From Guillardia theta CCMP2712 (taxonomy: Eukaryota > Protista > Cryptophyta): a stretch of 64,000 bases of DNA. Position 1 is the first letter of the stretch. Every line of letters begins with the position of its first letter. The notes under the pieces are model-generated. The model made no database searches. It saw nothing but the letters and a program-made list of their open reading frames with translations, and was not told where the DNA came from. Of the stretch, positions 23,052-37,495 are shown piece by piece. Made by a program: the position numbers and the translations under genes. The DNA lies in the NCBI RefSeq assembly GCF_000315625.1, contig NW_005434650.1, positions 130,736 through 194,735 of the forward strand. Reading direction: 5' to 3'.

Positions 23052-24301
23052 TGTGCGGATTCAGGAAGGGTGGGGTAGGGTGGAGTATACCACCCCTTCG
23101 GAGAAGGGTGTACTCAATAGGAAGAGACCGGTACTTCTTCTCGATGGGCAGTGGTGGTATGACAGGGTCCAATGGAACTGTACTGAATTCTAATTGTTTT
23201 CAAAACTTTGGATAACAATACGAAATATTTCAATGATGGCCTATTTTAGAGGGGTGTATGGCCCTCTGTTCCTAATTCATTTTCAAACTGGAAGCGATTG
23301 GTTTGCAATAGACCCCTCCTCAGAAATGTTTCTCGACATAAACTTGTCACCGACTTGCGCCCGCGTATCGACACAGAATAACGGAAAATAACGACCTTCT
23401 TCCGGATTTGCGTCCGTCGGGCCGCCGGGTTCCCGGCCCCGGGCTCGGGCTAGCTGGCTAAGTACCCCACCCTACAAATGCCAGAGAATCTTGAGACATG
23501 GTGGTGGTGGGGTACAGTGAAATTTCGTTTCGGGGTAGGGTGAAACAAATGATTTTCTATTCAAGGGGGTGGGTACTGAAATGAAATCGAATTAGACCGG
23601 GTAGTAGAACACCGTTCACGGCACCATGAGGGGAGGGTACTTCGGCAAAAAAGAGGTAAGCTCCAAGGTGGTGTAGTAACTTCTTCAGGTGGGGTAGGGT
23701 AGGGTGTTTGTAGGGAACAAAACTCAATTTTTCAAGGGGTGAGGGTACTATGTCACCCCCTTCTTTATCTCGATTTAATTATGAAAATAAGGGGTACTAA
23801 TGGAAACAAAAGGGGTGATTTTCCTGAGCTAAACCACCCCTTAACGCCCCCTGCCGTAGTCCTTCTACAAGTGGGGTGAAGGTATACAAGTTGGGTAGTA
23901 TGAAGGTCAAAAGGGTGGGTTATGCATTGGATAATATGGGGTCATCGCTAGAGGGGAGGGGTCGAGATAAAAGGGGGTTGGTTGGTAGTCCCCCATCTGA
24001 TGGGGGAGGAGACCGACAATGTTGGTCGGGACTGGGTAACAGCAGAGGATGGGGAGGGAGGAGGAGGAGGAGGAGGAGGAGTATGAGGTATTCATACTGA
24101 GGAAGAGACAGAAGGAAGATGTTGGTCCGACCTTGTGAAAACGAAAAGAAAAATTCAGCCAGGCCGTCGGAGGAATCGAGAGAATTTTCGTGAACATGCT
24201 TTAGCTTCCTGTCCGAAGGATCTCAAGCTGTACAGCATCCATTGGCTGTTTCACGACCATTGGGCTTACACGACAGTACAACATACACGTGTCGTCTTGA
24301 G

Positions 24302-26713
<2,412 letters not shown>

Positions 26714-27141
26714 CCAGACCGCCATGTGTAACTAGTAACCAGCGGTGATGACCTCGACTCTCCTCGACTCTCTTGCCTTTACAACTCATCGCAGTCTTCA
26801 GTCTTTCAGTCAATTTTTGTGCATTACAACTTGATGTGTTTTTTCGATGGCATCTGCAACTCACCCACTGTACTACTGCCAGGCCCAAGCCCGGGGCCGG
26901 GCGAGAGGTCTCTCTGGCACCCCCGGTGCTGACTTCGGAGGCTTCGTGGCCGCCAGTGCCGCGTGCGTACGGTACGGACGGTACTACGGTAGGGTCACCG
27001 GTCACTGAGCCGGCGGGCCGCACCGGCGCCGGGCACTGCCGTGCGGCCGCGGCCCCGGGCCGGGCCGCCGCGTGCCACTCCGAGGCGAGCCCAGTGTGAG
27101 GCCTTGATTCCGGGAGCGGGGACGGGGGCGACCTGCGAGAG

Positions 27142-29102
27142 ATGCGGGGGATGGTCGCAATGGCGGTGATGTTGGGATCTGCTGGGGTGATGGCGGGAGG
27201 AGGAGGAGAGCGAGCGACATGTTGGCCAGTGCAGAGGAACAAAGAGACTCTTGCCGGAGCCAGCTGGCGATCAAGAGATCGAGCCCTGCTCCTGTTCCTC
27301 ATCCCGTCCTCGGACGAAGAAGCATGGGCGACCGGATGGAGGCAAGACTCAGACGAGCCCGATGAGGTGAAGGAGAAGGTGAGAGGTGCCGCTGCTCCTT
27401 GCTTGTCTGCTTGTCTGCTTGTCTGCTTGTCTGCTTGTCTGCTTGTCTGCTTGTCTGCTTGTCTGCTTGTCTGCTTGTCTGCTTGTCTGCTTGTCTGTCT
27501 TTTGCCCATCATGAATTGAACGTTCTGACAGTATGAGAAAGCGATGGAGAAAGTAGAGAGCATAGAGAAGTCTGGCAACAATGACCTCATGTTCGAGACG
27601 ACTGTGAGTGCTGAGTCTTCTCACATTCTTCTCGTGATCAAGTGCCTGACAGTCCCGCATGATGGCCTGCTTCGCGGAAGAAGGTTTCTGCAACAAGAAT
27701 CCGTTGGAGTACCCGGACCGTAGCGTCAGAACTCGATTGTCTCAACGTCTGTGCGACGTGATCGATCGAATGCACCACAAGTTCGAGGGGAGGGTCTGGG
27801 AGCAGACGAAGCCTGTGGATGTGCCGCAGATTGACTTGTCAGAAGACACGGAAGACAATGAGACTCTCTCCTTCGTCCCTCCGAGACTTGACGCTAGACT
27901 TTGCAATCCCCCGTGTTCTGCTCGTGCCCTGTCGCTCTGCCTCTCAGCTCCTCCTCCTGTTCCTCGTCGTGTCACACTTAGGCGGACACCGCTGCAGCTC
28001 AGGGGAGGAGCCGACATGGACTTGAACTCGTACCTCCAGAACGTGAAGGCGCAGCTGCTGTCTCAGAACATGACAAACATCGTCGGCAAGGGGCCGACTG
28101 TGGATGACGGGAAGCACTTACGATATCCGATGCCCAAGGAGCTGCAAGCTCTCTACGAGCATCCTGCCTTCCAAGACATGAATCCCTCAAGGGAGTTGTG
28201 GCAGACGAGGAGAAACTCCAACGAGACGGCCGAGCGCTTGGGGCTCAAGCTCTTCCGCATATGCGACCAAGTTTCCTTCGACATCGACCCAATCACCGAG
28301 AAGGGCCCCTTCAAGGTCTTCCTCTCCCAGCTCCTCTCCCAGCTCCTCTCCCAGCTCCTCCTCTCCCTCCTCCTCCTCTCCCTTCTCTCCACTCCTTACA
28401 GGCTGACCTGCTTGCAGATGGATGTAGCCGCAGCTCGAGAATGCATCAGGCAGGGTGCAGATGTGAACGTGCAGGGCGAGTATGCGCTGACGGCTCTGCA
28501 CGTGCTGAGCGCGGTGGACGGGTACGAGGAGCTGATCGAAGAGCTGATCAAGGCTGGAGGCGACGTGAACGCGAGGGACTCCGTGGGACAGACGCCACTG
28601 CATGACGCGGTGAGGGGAGGAGGGCCAAGGTGGAGGGTGACGGGACAGCAGGTCAGATTCCGGTCGGCCAACGACACGCGATCGGTGAAGACTGTGAAGC
28701 TGCTGTTGAAGGCGGGGGCAGATGTTAACGCCACGTCCTCCTTCAATGATTCGGTCGTCGACTACGCCGAGGACGCTCTCCGCAAGCATGAGGTGGGAAG
28801 TGGCTCCTTGAGCAGAGAGGCAGCTGTCGCCCGTGAGATCGGTGAGGCGTGAGAGCTCGTGCACGTGCGCTGATCTTCTCGCTCAGTGTCGTTGGTGGGA
28901 GGAAACGTCTGGGCGGGTCTGGAGTTCGCCATGCGTCACAAGGAGCAGGTAAGCGGAGAAGATTTGATAGCAAGCTTGATGAGAATCCGCACAGGTTGAG
29001 AAGAGGCGAGCACGAAAGCAACGCAAGCTGATTCGAAACCCTCCTCCGCCCAGCTACTCTGCAGCTCCTCCATCCGTCTACGACTCGGACGACTTTAAAT
29101 GA
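27142..29102 (+). CDS. Ankyrin-repeat protein (multi-exon; 5' structure uncertain)
   Basis: GADVNVQGEYALTALHV, LIKAGGDVNARDSVGQTPLHDAV, LLLKAGADVNATSSFNDS; internal QLRGG motif. Confidence 0.75.
27398..27499. repeat. (CTTGTCTG)n 8-bp tandem repeat, intronic
   Basis: Direct reading, about 12 copies. Confidence 0.92.
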
Positions 29103-29267
29103 GATAGTAAAGGGAAAAATAAGATTTTCATTTCAATTCCAACGAGAGAGCCGAGAAGATCAGAAGAGGCAAAAGCGTGACTACGTTAACACAACAAGAG
29201 AACCGAAATTTACATCAATGAGCATCCGCATTCGCTGAAACCCCCCGACCGCGTCCTGCTTCTCCTT

Positions 29268-32200
29268 CTACTCCTTCTTCAGCTTCTGTAAAATCGCGTG
29301 GACTGCTCCTTCCTTGACCTGCTTCTTCGTCAGACTCTGCATGTCATGCACATATCACACGCTCTTCTCCTCACCCGCATTCGCCTTAAAATGTCATCGA
29401 GTTTCTCACAAGCGAGCGCCTGCAGTGCTGCAAGCGTCCACTGCTCGTGGTAGAGTTGAGCTGCCACTCGGTCTGCGTACTCCTTGGTGTTCAAGGCTTC
29501 TCGCATGAACTCCAGCAGCTGCTCGTCCTCGCAGTCTACGTCACTCGTACGGTAAAGAGCTTCTTGGCTCCACTGAGAAACGAAGATCAGTTCAAGTCCA
29601 CATGCACAACAAGCAAAGTGATCAGGTACACGTGAAATGAGGGACACACGCGTTTCAAGGTGTTGAGATTGAAGATGGACAAGGAATGAGATCACAATTG
29701 TCTTGACAGCCGCAAGAAAGAGCAGGTCTCACCGTCCCTTGTCCCTGGGGCTCATTGCAGGCAGCCACACGGAAGAAGTAATCGGTAGATGCCAGGAGAT
29801 TTTCTACTTTGCACGAAGTGATGCCGCATCGAACTTCCTTCCAGTCCCGCACTTCGCTCTCCCCTTCCTTGATGCTGAACTGCACAACATACTCGATGAC
29901 AGGATAGCCCGAGGGCTCGGGAGGGTCCCACGAAAGGACGATGTTGTCATATGACACTGAAGACCGAAGTGGCCGGCCTGGAGCCCTAGGAGGAAACGAA
30001 AGAGCCGCTCGCAGCTTCTCACGATGCTTCGGTAAAATCTGCAGCTTTTCCATGACCTCACGAAGTTCATCTTGTGGAAGTCGAGAAAGTGTCTCCGCAT
30101 CATACAGGGAACGAGCGAATCTGTCAAAGTATTCTTCACATCCACATGACTTGCAAAGTTCCCTCAGTCTCTGTTCTTCCTCCTCTGTCAGCTGCCTTGC
30201 CCATTTCTCATCCTCAGTCTGCACGACGATAACGTCGCTGAAAGCCTGCCCTCCGGAATTCTTCGCCCCGACCCGGAACTTGTATTCCGTTTGCCCCACC
30301 AGATTCTCCCGAGTGAAGGCGAGGATTGGCCTTTTCCTCACTCGCTCTGCCTCCTCACATCCAGAGATGTGACGGCGATCCCGCTTCATCCGACGCAGTT
30401 GCTCCCCAACAGCGCTCTCAGAATCTACAACTGCCACCCACGTGTCGCCTTTCAGCTGCTGCACCTCATAACCACTGACGGATGCCTGCGAAAGCGATCA
30501 GCACAGAACATCAGGTAAGCTCCAGGTACCTGACTATGAGGCCAGTTAATGGTTACTGAGTTGTGGGTCATGATGGCTGATACAGCCAGGGGAGGCTGAG
30601 GGGGGGGAGGAGGGAGGGTTTCGAACATGTTCGAGTCACTCCACTCACTCCAGCCCAGAGCATTCTTGGCTCTTATTCGGAAATGATACACCATGCGAGG
30701 CTCCGGGCAGCTCACTTCAACTGACAAGTTGGTTATTTCCTCAGAGACGGTCTGCCATTCTTCTTCTCCATCTTTGCGCATTTGAAGCGCGTACGCCGTG
30801 ACCTCTGAACCATGGTTCCTCATGGGCGGTTTCCATTGCAAGATGATGGCATCAGACAACTGCTCAGAGGATTCTGGTTGCGAGGGAGGTGGAGGTACAT
30901 CGCACTTGACGGTAACTTTCAGAGGTTCGGTCGGTTCACCAGGGCCAACCTGATTCAAAGCTCGAATCTGGAATGCATATTCTTGACCGGGGACTAGGTC
31001 TTCCACTATGTAGCACAGACGTCCCTCTCCAACTTCTACCGCAGTGATAGTCTGCCACAAAGTGTCTGGATCCTGATCAACTTCAGCACCGGAGCTTGTG
31101 CATCGAACTTGATACGCTGTCACTGGGAACGCGTCATCCAATGGCTGATCCCATGAAAGGGTCGTCGATGTCGAGCTGGTGTCACACGAGTAGAATGTAG
31201 AAGGTTGTTGTGGCGGTGGGACGGTAGTTTTCTGCAGCACTGCAGGTGACCATGGCCCATCGCCTCCACCATTTTTTCCTCGCACTTGAACAGCGTACAA
31301 CGTGTCTGGCATGAGCCCGATGATGCTGCACGAGTAGTCGCCACCAATGTCTTCCCCACACGGAATCTCCTTGGAGCTCCAGGCGTCTCTGTCCTCCTGC
31401 TCCATGTTTCTTGCTAGTTTTGCTGTGCCACCAGTACAAGCATCCAGCTCCTCTTGCGTCACTTCTCTCCAGCTGACCTCGCAGACCGCCGTTACATTCA
31501 TTTCAGCCTCATCTCTCATGCTCCACTGAAAATGCAAGGCGTTGGGCTCAATCCGCTCCACTGCTACAGAAGTTGGCAGCGGAGGTGGCAAGGGCTGAGT
31601 TACGACATCGCACTGAGCACTTGGATCACTCAACCCCGCCTCACTCCTTGCACGAACAAAAAACTTATATGAACAGTTCGGCTGCAGCTGTTGCGCATGA
31701 TAATACACAAGTTTGCTCAAGGGCGAGGTAGCACGTCCATCTTCAGCAGACCCTGAGTTTGAGTACACGGCAGGTACGACAGCCTCTTTCATGTCAGATT
31801 CATCGTCGGTCTTGTATTGGAAGACGTGATAGTGCTGGATTTCATACCCATGGTCTTCTGGTTGGTTCCAAACTAAGCTTGCAGAAAGCGACTTCACAGA
31901 ATCCACTCGAACCTCTGCAGCTGCAGGAGGCGGCAAAATGGTGGCAATTTCGCTCCATTCACCTACGCCCAGGCTATTGCTGGCCCGAACTCTGAAGTGG
32001 TAAGTCTTGTCAGCGTACAAAGGAACTCGTTTCTTTTCCAAGGAAGGGATAACATCTGAAAATTTGGGGTGTGTGCAAGAACATGTCACTTCAGGCACGG
32101 ATTTCCAATCATCTTCACGACTATCATCATCTGGCAATAAGCCCTCCAGGCGTTGCAAGAGATAACTTTCGGCACATAAATACTCGTCTCCCTTTTTACA

Positions 32201-33410
32201 CGGAGCAGCCAAGATCGTCACTTCAGCCATCGTACTTGAAACTCTATGAACGACCGGGCGAGGAGCAGGCACAGGAATATCTGACACATTGAGGGTGGGG
32301 AAGACTGCTGTAGTCCAAGGGGACGTTAAGACTGGCGGTCCCGAAGATGTACTGCGCAGCTCCAATCTCAAACGGATCTTGTACACGGTATTTGGTAGAA
32401 GCCCTGTGACCGGCGCATTGACAATTTTCAACATGAAGATGCATTCCCCCAGGACTTCGGTGTCGTCAGCTTTGCAGAATTCAACATTCCAGAAAACATT
32501 GGGTGCAATGGTAGTTCCCTCCAAGCTTGGGGCAGGATTCCACTTGATATGCAAGCTTGTCGTTGTGCTATCTTCTAGCGCCAGTCCAGTTGGTTCTGGA
32601 AGACTCGTCAGTGCGGAAAAGTCATTAGTAGCCAGTGCTTGAGAGCCCGTGACCATTCCGTTTGAGCCTGGCACTAAAAAGTCCAAACTTTAATAATTGG
32701 CAGGTTTCGGTGTTTCAACACTCACCAGAAGTTGCAGGTTGAGTCGAATCCAAAGATGGTAAGAAACAGCTTGTTGTTGCAAGAACTGCCTTCGCTGCTT
32801 GAATTGCGGTCGGTAGAGCAGGCGATGGGAGTTGGAGTGAGGTGCAAGGGGGCAACGAAGCGATTCCTGTTGCAGCTGGAGAGCTGGCAAATGCTGCTGG
32901 ATCCCTATGCGCACTGATAGTCGGAATGGCCATCGTAGCTCCCACATTTGCTGCGTGAGCTCCCAATACACTCGCTGCCCCCACACTGGCAGCATGAGTT
33001 GCCAGCACCGAGGTGGTGAGAGGGTTGGTTGGGATGAAAGGCAGAGGCAATGTAGAAGTTGTAATCGGCGTGATAGGTTGCAGTGCTGGAATAGTTTGCC
33101 TCACATCATTGGTCAATGCACCCAAGTCCAAGGAGCTACTGACGATGACTCGATCCATCCTGTTGCTGATAAACTCTGACATGTAAGTAGAAACCTCTGG
33201 AGTTGGCAACGCCCGCTGACCATCGGCCAAGGACGTTGCTCCAGCGATCAGACTATGCTGCAAGGACTCTTGGCTTTCTGAGGTCTGAAGACCAAAAGAT
33301 GTTGAAAAAACAGCTTTTGTTGGCTGAGGGAAGGAAAGGGGGTGAGCGGTGATAACGAGTCCGGACGAGGTAGTGAGATCCGTCGGAACCGGTTGGCTAA
33401 CAGCCACGTT
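29268..33410 (-). CDS. Fibronectin type III repeat protein with two SAM-like domains; 5' end unresolved
   Basis: About 8 FN3 repeats (e.g. TSLHIKWNP, YHFRVRASNSLGVGEWS, LQPNCSYKFFVRARSEAGLSDPS, LVPGQEYAFQIRALNQVGPGEP, YFFRVAACN). SAM-like segments LCKSCGCEEYFDRFARSLYDAETLSRLPQDELREVMEKLQILPKHREKL and the C-terminal QWTLAALQALACEKLDDILRRMR|VKEGAVHAILQKL. Ser/Thr/Pro-rich upstream exon. Confidence 0.85.
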
Positions 33411-35397
33411 TGCTGAAAAAAACGTTGTTTGAAAGCGCTACTCTTGTTCAACAGTACTGGCCTGTAAAGAATCGGTAAGCCAACTCCAAAACGAAAGAAA
33501 GTTCAAAAGTGTTGCGAAAGGTCTATAGGGAATTCGGAATTGCTCTACAAATGGACTAGTAACCGCCAAACATGTCTGAACAATAGGAGGGTTCCAAAAC
33601 AAACATAGCTTCAACTAACTAACTGCAAGTACATAAGGTTTATCACAGTCACTTTGCCGCGATATCAACCAGAAACCCTTTGCTCTTTTGAAATCAAGCT
33701 GCCCCTAATGAAAAATCCTGAGCGAGTCAAACAACGCATCAAGATTCAAGGCATCCTTCTTCAGAGGAAGCCTAAAATGTCATCATCTGCTCCACTGAGA
33801 CTATCAACTCGAGCGATCTTCTCCTCTTAGCCGCTTGCTCATCCTCCTTCTCTCCATTCCCCTTCCCCAACTTTCGCCATGGCGCCAGGAGGAGCGGAGA
33901 AGACCCACCCCACCCCGTGAAATATGAAAAATGACCCCACCCTGTTAGTCCTCAAGTACCCTACCGTTCCGTCCCCACCTCCCGTTTCCCCAAGACCAAC
34001 GACCCCTTTCTCCTAGCTACCTCATCTGACCACCCCTGTTGCAACATGATTCTACCCCCCATGTTCATATCCGGACACACCCCTTTCACTACTCCCTTGG
34101 TAATCAGACCCTACCCCTTTGATGTTCAAGACTACCCACCCATCATGCCATGTTACCCCACACAGTATGCAAATCAGTCTTTTCCACCCATCAGTTCTCC
34201 AAAAACTACCCCCTCAGACTAGCACCCCATCTTATCTCCACCCCTGCTAGTAGGGTGATACCCCTGCCACTCCATTTTGATATACATATTTATAAATTGT
34301 ACCTTTGGCCATCAACGCTGTACACATTATAATATTTGTTGATTAAATAAATATTTTACAGAATGGTGGTACTTTCGTTGTACGATTTTTGGTATCTAAA
34401 ACGTTTTAAACAATACCAATATTATCATCACGGGTAGCCATAGTGTTGCCCTTGTGGAAGGGGGTCCATTGAGGGGGGGTGTAATAATAGAGGTTGAACG
34501 GCTAATTGCCAAGGGTGGGTGGTAGTACCCACCATCAATCGTAGACTCTTTCCTGGGTGGGGTTGATATGTTAGATTTCTCAACTAGTCCTTACCCCACA
34601 CTACCCTACCCTACCCTGGAGGCATTATTTGGGGTACATACACCCTCCCCAGTCATCAGAAGACCCACCCCCAGAAGATTTTGACCTTCAAGCCCGTAGA
34701 TTCCCTAGAAGGAAAACCCACCCCTAGTCTCCCTCTGCGGCCATGCCCCCATAGGTGGACCCCTACCTCCCAATTCCGTTTCAAGTACCCCCTCTTTCCC
34801 TATGTACTCCTGACCTACTGCCTCTTCCTCTACTCGGGGATAGAAATTCCCCCGGTCTCGGAATGTTCAAAGTAAAGCTGTCTAACCACCCCACCCTATC
34901 TGCTCCCTCCCTAATTGCACTCCTTGTTTCAACCACCCCTCATCAAGACTTATCATGGACCGGTAGTCCACGATAACCAAATCAAATCAACTGTCACCCA
35001 GTCGTTCACCGGGTGTACTTCGACTACCCCGGTCTTTGTCTGGAAATTAGACGTGAGGGTGGGTACTCTATTCCTCATCTCGCTTTTTTCTTCCCCAACT
35101 CTGAAGGACCCCTCATCTCCTCGTTCCCTCATCCCCACTCCTACGTTTCGCTGACTCGAATTTGTTTATGTTGGGCGCTATGAGCTCAATCCTTTTGTAG
35201 TAATGCAGTCGAGTCACTGCATTACTACAAACAAATTCAGTGACGTCCGGTCATCGGACAAAAACAGTCGGTCGCCAGCCCGGCCGGGCTCTTGTCGCAT
35301 CATCGCCCTCAAACACCTTCAGCAGGTCCGTCCGGCCAGCCGTCCGGCAACATCCTGTACTGGGCAAGGACGGCAACGCGCGTCTGGTGAACTAGAG

Positions 35398-37486
35398 ATG
35401 GCGGGGAGGCTGCGGAGGATATGGCAGGAGGCGATGGAGGAGGAGCTGCAGTACGAGGGGGAGGACGAGGAGTCTGTTAGAGTCGGCAAGTGGGTGAGGG
35501 ATGTCTGCATGTAAGTTATAGTTGCGCAGCAATGCTCCGTCAGTGATCACCGTTCATTCACCAGGTTCTGCCTCTATCTCCTTGTCTGCACTCTCGCAGT
35601 GCTTTTGGGGAACGAGAAGAACATGGCAAGGAGTGTGAACAAGTTCTGGGTGAACTTCTTCTCGAACCGGAGCTCGACAGTCAGGTGAGCTTGCTCGAAA
35701 GCCATGGCTAGTTTCAAAGTTTGTTGTTCCTTACGAGGTCCTCAGAGACCTGGATGGGCTGCAGCTGTTCATGAACGAGGTGATTGCTGGCGAGCTGATG
35801 AAGACTTCATTCCTGTACAACCGCTACGGACAACAGAACAGCTCTTACGGAGTTCTTTTCGGCAATTCGTTGATTGGGAATGCAAGGTGATTTGTGGGCT
35901 GTGACAGCCATCAGGCTAACGGCGTTGCAGCTTGCGGCAGGTGAGGGTCAAGAGCGACGCGTGCGGCTCAGTCCATGGCGCCCTTGACAACGATGGCATC
36001 CTAGCTGGCACCGAGTGCTACCCGTCATGGACCTTGGGAACGGAAGACGCCGTCTACTCCAAGAGCAAGGCTCAGAAGCCCCTACAGCCCAAGAGCTTCC
36101 ACGCCTTCACCTCCGCAGCTTCGACCGGCTCTCCCAGCTACGTCGGGAGCTTCGGCACGTACCCGGGAGGAGGCTTCGTCGCTTCGTTCGCTGTGCAAGA
36201 CACGAGCAGGATATTGCAAGAAGTTGCAGGCGCCCAATGGGTGGACCCGAAGACTCGCGCGCTCTTCTTTGAGATGTTCATGTACAGCGCCAATGACGAT
36301 CTGTTTCTTTTCTCTCAAGTCTGCTTCGAGTTCCCAGCTGGAGGCTTCGTTTTACCGTCTAGCACGGTGTACACCTACGATATCAACCGCTACAAGGCGA
36401 GCAGCATGAAGAGCAACCTCGAGTACTTCTTCTTCTTCTTATCCTTGTTGTACATCTTGAAGGAGTTCGCGGCCTTCCGTCGACAGAACATCTGGAGATA
36501 TCTTCACTTCGACTGGCCAACCCTCGAGTTGACGCTGGTGCTGCTGGTTATCATCAGCGCCGGGCTGAGAGTGTACCACTCGTACATGCTCTCAAAGATT
36601 ACTTCATCCTCGGCCATGACTGTTCTATCTGTGCAGCAGGCTGTAAGAGGAGCTGCAGTCGCGTCGGCAAATCTCGATGCTGCCTTCGGGGTCATCGCGT
36701 TTCTTCTCTGGACCAAAAGTCTGAGATACATCATGCTCACCAGGTCAACTCGTCGCTTAATGACAGCGATCTACTTCAACGTCCGCAAGATGCTGTCGTT
36801 CGCCATGATCGCTACTTTGCTCATCTACGCCTGCTCACTCACTGCTTTCATGCTGTTCGGGGCCAACCTTGACCAGTTCCAGTCGATCAACAGAAGCGGC
36901 TCCACCATCATCCAGTCGATCTTCGGCAACAAGATCTTCGCTGTCCTGGTCCATGAGACCGGCAGCGGAGGTTTCCTCTACTACTTCGGAACCATCGCGG
37001 CGATCCGCGTCTTCGTCTACAGCATCCTTGTGGCCATCGGCATCGACAGCTACAGGAAGGCGGTGCAAGGCGAGCAGACGGCGAAGAAGCCTCTGCTAGA
37101 GCTGATCCGCGGGGAGCTTGCGCGGAGACATCGGGAGTACATGACGTGAGATTGTTCTTCGCTCTTAACTTCTCTGAGGGTGTTGGATGTAGGAGGGGAT
37201 TCAAGGAGGAGGAGGAGGCGTCGGGCCTGGTGAGCCCCGTTTGTTCATTCATATGGACTGACAGCCTGGCAGAGGACGATCAACCGACGAGCTTCTTCGA
37301 ACGCGCAGCGCAAGGAGTCAGGAGCTCCCCGCGAAGCAAGATGGAAACCCTGGGGGTTGGATGACAAGGACGGCAGTAACGAGCATCTGTGATGGGCCCT
37401 TCACTTCGCCCAGCCGATCGCCTGCAGCCAGTAGTTCTCCGCATCGCGGATGGAGCCGGCGACGAAACTTTCTTTCTGCTTGCTGA
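35398..37486 (+). CDS. Polycystin-2 (PKD2/TRPP)-like cation channel
   Basis: TOP-domain motifs (S|LRQVRVKSDAC, FGTYPGGGF, WVDPKTRALFFEMFMYSANDDLF, FEFPAGG) and six-TM core (FLLWTKSLRYI, AFMLFGANLDQFQSI, ILVAIGIDSY). 3' end approximate. Confidence 0.88.
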
Positions 37487-37495
37487 TCCTTGAGG

